This document shows, in pieces, positions 29,936 to 37,089 of a DNA stretch of 62,918 nt (position 1 is the stretch's first letter; each line of letters opens with the position of its first letter). The DNA is taken from contig JANWKV010000006.1 in the NCBI GenBank assembly GCA_025451195.1, positions 1 through 62,918 on the forward strand. The letters run 5' to 3'. A program made the position numbers and the translations under genes. Below the pieces are notes generated by a model. The model was not told where the DNA came from and did no database searches. It worked only from the letters and a program-made list of their open reading frames with translations. This DNA comes from Candidatus Microgenomates bacterium (lineage in GTDB: Bacteria > Patescibacteriota > Microgenomatia > Levybacterales > UBA12049).

Positions 29936-31081
29936 CTAGTCCGATTTCGTCGGAAGAGGGGCAATAATCGGCATAGGAGAAATCCCCGGGGTTGGAGCTA
30001 TATTACATGCTCCGTATTTAAGTTCACAGGATATAAATGCCTGGATTTCCGAAAAATTTTGGTCGCCAACTCTTGGGAGCAAAACAAAAAGGTTTCCATA
30101 TGAAGTTTGTTCCGTGCTGTCTATTAAAAGTCCGGGTAAGCCCGGAGTTGAATTTCCATCGTCAATAACCGCTGTTTGTATCTTTGCCCCTTTGATTTTT
30201 TGGAAAAGATTAATAAAGGGTAAAAAATCTTCCTGTGGGATATCGGTATCAACACTGTCTTTAATAATATTATAAAGTCCGATAAGTTTTGGCGGGTTCA
30301 AAAGAATGCCAAGAGACAATACTTTTGTCCTGAATGCCTCAATCACTTCCTGTTGCCTACGAGACCTTGCAAAGTCCGAACCTTCCGACCCCACACCATG
30401 TCTAGACCTCACAAACTCAAGTGCTGTTATGCCGTCCATATGTTGTAACCCTGCATCCACGTGTAAGTGTTTATACCTGCACGGGAAAAAATCCCAAAAA
30501 AGTTGATCTGCAGATGCAGTTGCCGTAAAAGCTTGAATTTCTTCAGGACTGTGATCACAAGTTGCCTCCTCTTGTCCGTCTATCGGATAGTGATAATCGT
30601 CAAGGGTATTTTTAACATTCACATCAATTCCTCCAATTAAATCGACAGCTTTAACAAATCCTCCAAAATCTATGCGGAATCCATAGTGAATAGGTTGGGA
30701 AGTAATGCTACTTACAACAGCTTTTGCCAAAACCAATCCTTTATTATTTTTATCCTGCCCGTCCGCATAAGCCTGGTTAATTTTTTCTCCGCTGTCTCCC
30801 AAACTTGCAATCCACAAATCTCTGGGAAGAGAAATAAGATTAATTGTATTCTTCTTTGCATTAATGCTGGCCAATATAATTGTATCCGTTAAATTTGGCC
30901 CGTCATGGGTCCCTCCTCCTGTCCCCAAAAGAAGAATATTTGTTCTACCGTCTGTCTCTTGTAAGTCAGAATTTCTATGCAAAATAATGTTTGTTGCGGC
31001 AGGAAAAATATTCTTTGGAAAAAAAACAAAGATAACAAGAGCAACAAAAAGAATAAAAACAATGATTAATTTCTTAGACAT
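29936..31081 (-). CDS. LytR-CpsA-Psr (LCP) family glycopolymer ligase
   Basis: N-terminal TM segment, then NILLLGTGGGTHDGPNLTDTIILASIN..INLISLPRDLW. Confidence 0.88.
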   Translation of the reverse strand: MSKKLIIVFILFVALVIFVFFPKNIFPAATNIILHRNSDLQETDGRTNILLLGTGGGTHDGPNLTDTIILASINAKKNTINLISLPRDLWIASLGDSGEKINQAYADGQDKNNKGLVLAKAVVSSITSQPIHYGFRIDFGGFVKAVDLIGGIDVNVKNTLDDYHYPIDGQEEATCDHSPEEIQAFTATASADQLFWDFFPCRYKHLHVDAGLQHMDGITALEFVRSRHGVGSEGSDFARSRRQQEVIEAFRTKVLSLGILLNPPKLIGLYNIIKDSVDTDIPQEDFLPFINLFQKIKGAKIQTAVIDDGNSTPGLPGLLIDSTEQTSYGNLFVLLPRVGDQNFSEIQAFISCELKYGACNIAPTPGISPMPIIAPLPTKSD

Positions 31082-31802
31082 TTATAGCAATTTGGAAAAA
31101 TTCGGGGGTTATGGATTTTGCGCCAACTAATACTCCATCAAAATTAGTTTGCAATTGATTGTTTCTGGTAAATTCCCAAACATTTTCCGCGTTTACACTT
31201 CCCCCGTATAAAAGAGATATTTTTTGCCCCCGGGCTTCCAATCTCTTCCTAATTTCCCTCCCAATAAATTCCACATCTATTGGATTTGCCGGAACTCCTC
31301 CGCTAACCGCGCTGATGGCGCTTGGAGGCTCATATGCAACAATTTCGACTCCTTCCGGGACTTCTTCATAGACTGTTTGTACACAAAATATTGGTGTTAT
31401 GCCATTCTGCAAAGAAATTTTAACTTTCTCATTTAGAAATTGATAAGTTTCTCCATGCTCGCGTCTTCTTTCGGAATGTCCAATGATCGCAAAAGAAACC
31501 CCATATGAATTTTTTAATGTTTCTGCTGCTTCGTCTCCGGTATGCGCACCCGGCGGAAATGCGGAAACATCCTGGACTCCAAGATGAATAAAATCTTTTG
31601 CGCTCTCCGTACTGTCAACCGCCTGCTTTGTCTCCAAAAGCATACTGTAAGATGGGCAAACAATAAGTACTGTCTCTCTAACTTTCTCGCTATCAGCTTT
31701 TAATATTGCTGTTTTTTGCACACCCACTTCTTTTACCCATTCTCGTGGCGGTTGTTTTAAAAGATAGGTTTTCCAATTGGCTACAACAAATATTTTCTTC
31801 AT
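31074..31802 (-). CDS. tpiA: Triosephosphate isomerase
   Basis: VVANWKTY, GAHTGD, IIGHSERR, YGGSV motifs. Confidence 0.92.
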   Translation of the reverse strand: MKKIFVVANWKTYLLKQPPREWVKEVGVQKTAILKADSEKVRETVLIVCPSYSMLLETKQAVDSTESAKDFIHLGVQDVSAFPPGAHTGDEAAETLKNSYGVSFAIIGHSERRREHGETYQFLNEKVKISLQNGITPIFCVQTVYEEVPEGVEIVAYEPPSAISAVSGGVPANPIDVEFIGREIRKRLEARGQKISLLYGGSVNAENVWEFTRNNQLQTNFDGVLVGAKSITPEFFQIAINV

Positions 31803-31941
31803 GTGTATGCTAAAATAGTTTCATTGTCATCTCGAGTTTGCTAAACCGATTTGGTGCAAGCTGGAATCAAAATTTTCCCTTACTTCCATTATTGTAAAGG
31901 TTTTGACCCAAGTCCGGAATGGCAATAACTAATTATATCCT

Positions 31942-33774
31942 ATGCAACAATTTCTTCTCAAGGACTTAAACGATAAACAGCTTGAAGCTGTTAATAATAC
32001 AGACGGGCCAATGATTATTCTGGCAGGTGCGGGCAGTGGTAAAACGCGGGTACTTACGTATAAAGTCATGTTTCTATTGGAAAGCATGCATGTTTTTTCT
32101 GAAAATATCCTGATGGTTACTTTTACCAACAAGGCGGCAAACGAAATGAAAGAAAGAATTAATAAGTTCTTACCGACAACAAATAAACCTCTTATAACAA
32201 CATTTCACGCGCTTTGTGCGAAAATCCTTAGAATTGATGGTAAATATATCGGTTTGTCGCCAAAATTTATAATTTATGACAGTCAGGACCAAATTGACGC
32301 AATAAAACAGGCTATGGAAAAATTGGGAATTTCCCAAAAAGAATACAAGCCAGGAGCAATACTTGGGACAATTTCTTCTGCAAAAAACGAATTGATTACA
32401 TACAGTGAATTTGAAGGCTTGGCAAGAGGACATTTTCAGGAAATTGCATCTGCTGTTTACAACACTTACCAGAATATTTTAAAAGAAAATCAGGCTTTGG
32501 ATTTTGACGATTTAATAATGGACGTAGTTACTCTTTTTAATAAAAATCCAGAAATACTTTTTAAATATCAGGATAAGTTCCATTATATTCTTGTTGATGA
32601 ATATCAGGATACAAATAAAGCGCAATATGTTCTAACAAAACTCTTAGCAGATAAATGGCAAAACATATGTGTTGTAGGTGATTTTTCCCAAAGTATTTAC
32701 TCATGGCGGGGTGCGGATTTCAGAAATTTGTCAAAGTTTAAAGAGGATTTTAAAAACACAAAAACATTTGAACTTTCTCAGAATTACCGTTCAACTCAAA
32801 AAATTTTAGACGGCGCATCTTCTGTTATAAAACGAAATACCACCCATCCGGTTTTATCGCTCTGGACGGAAAACCCAAACGGCGAAGACATAACAATTTA
32901 TGAAGCAGGAAACGAACAGGAGGAAGCAATTTTTATTGTAAATTTTATTAAACAACACGGGGAAAACAATCTGGCGGATATTGCAATACTGTACAGAACA
33001 AATGCTCAATCCAGAGTTTTGGAAGAAGTGTTTTTGCATTATGGTATACCTTATATTTTAGTTGGAGGAACAAGATTCTACGAAAGAAAAGAAGTAAAAG
33101 ACGTACTCTCTTATCTTAGGCTAATTGCCAATCCAACGGATTCTGTTTCCCTAAAAAGAGTTGAAAAACTTGGAAAAGGAAGGTTTAAGAAGTTTTTGGA
33201 GTTTCAGGAAAGTATTGCCAAATCAGATAATTTAACTACTTTAGAACTTTTAGACAACACTTTGCAAGAAACAGGTTATCTTGAACTTTATGACGAGCAT
33301 GATGAAGACGACCGCGACAGACTTGAAAACATAAAAGAACTCCGCTCGGTTGCAACAACATTTTCGGATTTAACGCAGTTCTTGGAAAACGTTGCCTTGG
33401 TCGAACAGGAATATATGCCCGATAAAAAATTAAATGAAGATGATAGAAATGCTGTTACTCTAATGACACTTCACGGTGCAAAAGGTTTGGAGTTTCCGAT
33501 TGTATTTATGATTGGCATGGAAGAAGGACTTTTCCCCCACAGCAGGTCTTTGATGGATAGGAATGAACTTGAAGAAGAAAGAAGACTTGCATATGTTGGA
33601 ATGACGCGGGCAATGCAAAAATTATTTTTGTCGTATGCCAGAAAAAGGCTTTTTTTTGGCAACCGAACAACCGGTATTATTTCCCGCTTTATAATGGAAC
33701 TGCCCGAAGAAGTTTTGCAGAATAACTTAAGCCAACAAAGCGAACCTGAAGATCAGGGACCTGATTATTTATAA
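31942..33774 (+). CDS. pcrA: UvrD/PcrA-type ATP-dependent DNA helicase (short, 610 aa)
   Basis: LNDKQLEAV..ILAGAGSGKTRVLTYKV (motif I), VDEYQDTN (motif II), QNYRST, TLHGAKGLEF, AYVGMTRA. Confidence 0.9.
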   Translation: MQQFLLKDLNDKQLEAVNNTDGPMIILAGAGSGKTRVLTYKVMFLLESMHVFSENILMVTFTNKAANEMKERINKFLPTTNKPLITTFHALCAKILRIDGKYIGLSPKFIIYDSQDQIDAIKQAMEKLGISQKEYKPGAILGTISSAKNELITYSEFEGLARGHFQEIASAVYNTYQNILKENQALDFDDLIMDVVTLFNKNPEILFKYQDKFHYILVDEYQDTNKAQYVLTKLLADKWQNICVVGDFSQSIYSWRGADFRNLSKFKEDFKNTKTFELSQNYRSTQKILDGASSVIKRNTTHPVLSLWTENPNGEDITIYEAGNEQEEAIFIVNFIKQHGENNLADIAILYRTNAQSRVLEEVFLHYGIPYILVGGTRFYERKEVKDVLSYLRLIANPTDSVSLKRVEKLGKGRFKKFLEFQESIAKSDNLTTLELLDNTLQETGYLELYDEHDEDDRDRLENIKELRSVATTFSDLTQFLENVALVEQEYMPDKKLNEDDRNAVTLMTLHGAKGLEFPIVFMIGMEEGLFPHSRSLMDRNELEEERRLAYVGMTRAMQKLFLSYARKRLFFGNRTTGIISRFIMELPEEVLQNNLSQQSEPEDQGPDYL

Positions 33775-33777
33775 CTT

Positions 33778-34875
33778 ATGTGGCAAGATATTACTGAAAA
33801 AGAAAAAAATGAATTTAACGATATAGCAATTCATCCATTGCAATCTTACGAATGGGGAGAGTTTAGAAAAAAAACAGGAATAAAAGTAGTAAGAAGAGGT
33901 TTTTATGATGGGAAAAGGTTAAAAGAAATTTTCCAACTAACAATTCATAAAATTCCCTATACGAAATTTGCCATTGGCTATTTGCCAAAAGGGACAACGC
34001 CTTCAAAAGAATTAATTCTGGAACTCAAAAAAATCGGCAAAGAGAATAATTGTATTTTTATTCAGCTGGAACCAAACATTGTAAATGATAAAGGATTAAG
34101 GATAGGCGATAAACAAGAAAAAAATTTATCTTTAATCATTAATCATTTATCATTAATCCCATCTGCTCATCCTCTTTTTACAAAATATACATTCCAACTT
34201 GATTTAATAAGAAGTGAAGAAGAATTATTAAAACAAATGAGTCAGAAAACCCGTTATAACATTAAAGTTGCGCAAAAACATAACGTAATGATTAAAGAAG
34301 AAAATTCGGAAAAAGCTTTTAAAGAATACCTTAAATTAACTAAAGAAACTACAAACCGCCAGGGATTTTTTGCGCATACCCCTGCATATCATAGAAAAAT
34401 GTGGGAAACCCTAAAGATTAATGATAAAAGATTAAGGATAAAGGATAAACAAATTAATCATTCATCATTAATCATTAATCCTTTTAATTCTCTTTCCGCC
34501 CATCTTTTTGTTGCATATTACAAAAATATTGCATTAACAACGTGGATTTTATTTATTTTTAAAGACACTCTTTATTATCCATACGGTGCATCATCAAGTG
34601 AGCATCGTGAAACAATGGCTAGTAACCTTATGATGTGGGAAACAATTAAATATGGGAAAAAATTAGGGCTTAAAACTTTTGACATGTGGGGAAGTTTGGG
34701 TGAAAACCCAAATCCCAAAGACCCGTGGTTTGGATTCCATAGGTTTAAACAGGGTTATGGCCCGAAGCTTGTTGAATTTGTAGGAAGCTATGATTTAATT
34801 ATTAATCCACTTCTCTACCAAGGATATAAAATTGCCGATAAACTCAGAGGAATATTTCTTTCTCTAAAAAGATAA
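33778..34875 (+). CDS. FemAB-family peptidoglycan interpeptide-bridge aminoacyltransferase, carrying two in-frame repeat insertions
   Basis: ..LYYPYGASSSEHRETMASNLMMWETIKYGKKLGLKTFDMWG..FHRFKQGYGPK is typical of FemAB proteins. Repeats at 34084-34159 and 34420-34481. Confidence 0.78.
   Translation: MWQDITEKEKNEFNDIAIHPLQSYEWGEFRKKTGIKVVRRGFYDGKRLKEIFQLTIHKIPYTKFAIGYLPKGTTPSKELILELKKIGKENNCIFIQLEPNIVNDKGLRIGDKQEKNLSLIINHLSLIPSAHPLFTKYTFQLDLIRSEEELLKQMSQKTRYNIKVAQKHNVMIKEENSEKAFKEYLKLTKETTNRQGFFAHTPAYHRKMWETLKINDKRLRIKDKQINHSSLIINPFNSLSAHLFVAYYKNIALTTWILFIFKDTLYYPYGASSSEHRETMASNLMMWETIKYGKKLGLKTFDMWGSLGENPNPKDPWFGFHRFKQGYGPKLVEFVGSYDLIINPLLYQGYKIADKLRGIFLSLKR
34084..34159. repeat. AT-rich imperfect palindromic repeat inside the FemAB CDS, copy 1
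   Basis: AATGATAAAGGATTAAGGATAGGCGATAAAC..TTTATCTTTAATCATTAATCATTTATCATTAATCC. Translated in frame as NDKGLRIGDKQEKNLSLIINHLSLI. Confidence 0.65.
34420..34481. repeat. AT-rich imperfect palindromic repeat inside the FemAB CDS, copy 2
   Basis: AATGATAAAAGATTAAGGATAAAGGATAAACAAATTAATCATTCATCATTAATCATTAATCC. Translated in frame as NDKRLRIKDKQINHSSLIIN. Confidence 0.65.
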
Positions 34876-34878
34876 AAT

Positions 34879-35445
34879 TTACCCTAATCGTGCTCTTGCA
34901 CCAGCTCTCATTAACCTAGCTTGCCTAACTTGACTGAAAGTATTTTGTACCTTTCTCGCAAAGACTTCATCTGACATACCTTCAGGCACATATCCAGGGT
35001 GCATAAATGGTATCACTCCCCAATTTGCTTGCCTGGGAACATTATCGCTACTCCGCTTTGCCATCAGGCCAATAAATGGTTCTAAACCATTACTTTTTGC
35101 TGTTATAAAAAGTTCTCTCGCTTCTTCTGACAAATTGTTCGCTAATAGATTATCCCCTAGAGTTGTGGGAAGCCCAGTTTGAATAAGAAGGTCAAAAGAT
35201 TCTAAATCTGTAGTTACCAAATATCTATCTAATCTTAAAAGATGTTCATTTCTTTCGTAATCATACTCTTGCCTGTTAAATGGACTTCCTCCTTCAACAA
35301 ACCCAGCTACATATTCCGTTGTAGACAATTCGCCCTCTGAAAGAACGCCTATCGTTGTATCACTTGCTTTTTGAGCAGCAGATACCATTTCTGCGACGCT
35401 TAATTCTCTTGCATGAGGCGGTCTATGACCCTCGTTTATCCACAT
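34879..35445 (-). CDS. Hypothetical protein with atypically high G+C (orphan)
   Basis: 188 aa ORF with no motif recognised. 27/60 G+C in its last 60 nt versus 16/60 at the start of the neighbouring gene. A strong promoter lies directly upstream. Confidence 0.6.
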   Translation of the reverse strand: MWINEGHRPPHARELSVAEMVSAAQKASDTTIGVLSEGELSTTEYVAGFVEGGSPFNRQEYDYERNEHLLRLDRYLVTTDLESFDLLIQTGLPTTLGDNLLANNLSEEARELFITAKSNGLEPFIGLMAKRSSDNVPRQANWGVIPFMHPGYVPEGMSDEVFARKVQNTFSQVRQARLMRAGARARLG

Positions 35446-35453
35446 TATCCTAT

Positions 35454-35482
35454 ATTATACTCTGTGCTTAAACAATTTTCAA
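35454..35482 (-). promoter_or_regulatory. Promoter TTGAAA-17-TATAAT for the orphan gene
   Basis: On the minus strand: TTGAAA (35477-35482), a 17-nt spacer, TATAAT (35454-35459). The ATG at 35445 is 8 nt downstream. Confidence 0.55.
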
Positions 35483-35580
35483 ATTGTCTTCAGTGAGGAC
35501 TTTCGCGAAATTTGTTCTCTTCTGGCATCAGAAATTCTAGATTCTCTTTAAATAAGTACCTGCCAGAATTCACCATTTTT

Positions 35581-36135
35581 TTATCTAATCATTTTATACA
35601 CAAAAATCTTATTTTTACTGTCGTGTTTAGTAAGTTTAAGTTTTCCGTTAAACATTTCAACTGGCATTGGGTAAATATAGCTTACAAATAAGGCTCCTTT
35701 TTTTACTTCTTTTAAGAATTTTGGAGTTAAGCGCTTTAATGCATTAGGAATTAGATAAATAAAAAATACGTCTGCTTTGCTTAAATCTATATTAAAAAAA
35801 TTGTCCCTCACCAGTGTTACTTGGTCACTTAATTTCCATCGCCAGTTAATATTTATCCAGGCATTTACAAAGCGGAGGGGATCAATTTCTATTCCGGCGC
35901 AAGGCGCGCCAAATTCTTTTGCGGCAATTCCAATTGCCGTCCCTGTGCCGCACCCTAAGTCATAAACAATTGTTTTTTTACTAACTTTTCCTACCTCACA
36001 CATTCGCCTTGCAATATTTGGCTTGGTTGTCCAAAAAGGCGCCCAAGGACTGTCAGGCGGCCAAACCATGGACAAAACTAAAAGAAGAAGAATTATTACA
36101 GTAAGAATAATTGCGTTAATAAGTATAAATTCCAT
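35581..36135 (-). CDS. Membrane-anchored class I SAM-dependent methyltransferase
   Basis: N-terminal TM segment (ILINAIILTVIILLLLVLSMV), then motif I VYDLGCGTGTAIG and a post-I acidic GIEID. Confidence 0.75.
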   Translation of the reverse strand: MEFILINAIILTVIILLLLVLSMVWPPDSPWAPFWTTKPNIARRMCEVGKVSKKTIVYDLGCGTGTAIGIAAKEFGAPCAGIEIDPLRFVNAWININWRWKLSDQVTLVRDNFFNIDLSKADVFFIYLIPNALKRLTPKFLKEVKKGALFVSYIYPMPVEMFNGKLKLTKHDSKNKIFVYKMIR

Positions 36136-36165
36136 ACCTGATAGCCTAACATATTGGAAAATTTT

Positions 36166-36471
36166 TTAATAGACAACTTTACCGATTATTTGACTTTTTT
36201 TTATCCACCCAAATATTCTGCTGTCTGTACTTTCTTTATTATTATCACCAAGAACGTAGAGTAAATCCTTTTTTATTTTATTGATTCTTTTGATTATTAA
36301 ATTTCCGTTTCTCGGATCTTTTAGAACAATAACATCTTGAACATTTAGAGAACATAAGAACCATTTCTTTTGCACTAAAACTTTTCCTTTATTTTTATAT
36401 TTAGGATTCATACTGTTCCCGAAAATTTTAAACACCACAATCGGTGAAATACAAAATAAAAAATCAAACAT
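36166..36471 (-). CDS. sodX: Ni-SOD maturation protease (SodX, S26 signal-peptidase-like)
   Basis: GNSMNP catalytic-Ser motif and VLGDNNKESTDSRIFGWI. Located immediately downstream of sodN. Confidence 0.72.
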   Translation of the reverse strand: MFDFLFCISPIVVFKIFGNSMNPKYKNKGKVLVQKKWFLCSLNVQDVIVLKDPRNGNLIIKRINKIKKDLLYVLGDNNKESTDSRIFGWIKKSQIIGKVVY

Positions 36472-36536
36472 AGTTTTTTTATTTTAACAAAACTAACAAA
36501 ACATTTGATTATTTGTTTATTGAATTAATGGATTAT

Positions 36537-37007
36537 TTACGGGGTATAAGTAACAATCTCACCTTTTGTAGGGTATAAAGATGGAACTCTTTTTGGTGTA
36601 ACATTTTTTGTTTTATAAAAAATTTCTGAAATTTGTAAAACTTTATCAACCAAATCCTGGGCTTTTTGTATGTCTACGGCTTGACGGGTTGCAATTGAAA
36701 GCTTTACTGCATCAGCCAAAAGACCTTTAAGATTGGGAAATTTATCAAAATGTTCGGGCTTAAAATAATCATTTTCCAAAGTGCCTAACTCTTCTTCCAC
36801 TTTTCCACCATGCTCTTCTTTAACATGGACAACTCTTGCAATATCGTGCATAGAGTCTTTTTCGCCTAAAAGTTGAGTCATTCTAAGTACAGTATGTGCG
36901 GCAATTTGTGCAGGCGTAGGATCATAAATTCCACACGGAATATCACAATGAGCATAAACTGCTTTGAATGGAAGGTTATTAACTAGAAACTGAATTACTC
37001 TTTTCAT
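36537..37007 (-). CDS. sodN: Nickel superoxide dismutase precursor
   Basis: A propeptide is followed by HCDIPCGIYDP, the Ni-hook motif (His-Cys-x-x-Pro-Cys-Gly-x-Tyr). Confidence 0.9.
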   Translation of the reverse strand: MKRVIQFLVNNLPFKAVYAHCDIPCGIYDPTPAQIAAHTVLRMTQLLGEKDSMHDIARVVHVKEEHGGKVEEELGTLENDYFKPEHFDKFPNLKGLLADAVKLSIATRQAVDIQKAQDLVDKVLQISEIFYKTKNVTPKRVPSLYPTKGEIVTYTP

Positions 37008-37056
37008 AAAATTAGATTAGTTTTTTTTCTAATAAATGTCAAGCCTTTCTCAGTTC

Positions 37057-37084
37057 TTGATTCAAAAAAAATTTGCTGTATAAT
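37057..37084 (+). promoter_or_regulatory. Promoter TTGATT-16-TATAAT abutting the PEP carboxylase ORF
   Basis: TTGATT at 37057-37062 and TATAAT at 37079-37084. The ATG at 37090 is 5 nt downstream. Confidence 0.5.
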
Positions 37085-37089
37085 ATCCA

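Noticed and set aside
31900-31925. AAGTCCGGAATGGCA resembling the SRP RNA / RNase P GUCCGG motifs in the tpiA-pcrA intergenic region
   Set aside because: The 139-nt region is too short for RNase P. It also lacks the flanking conserved helices and the GGAA-tetraloop context of SRP RNA. The match is a chance hexamer.
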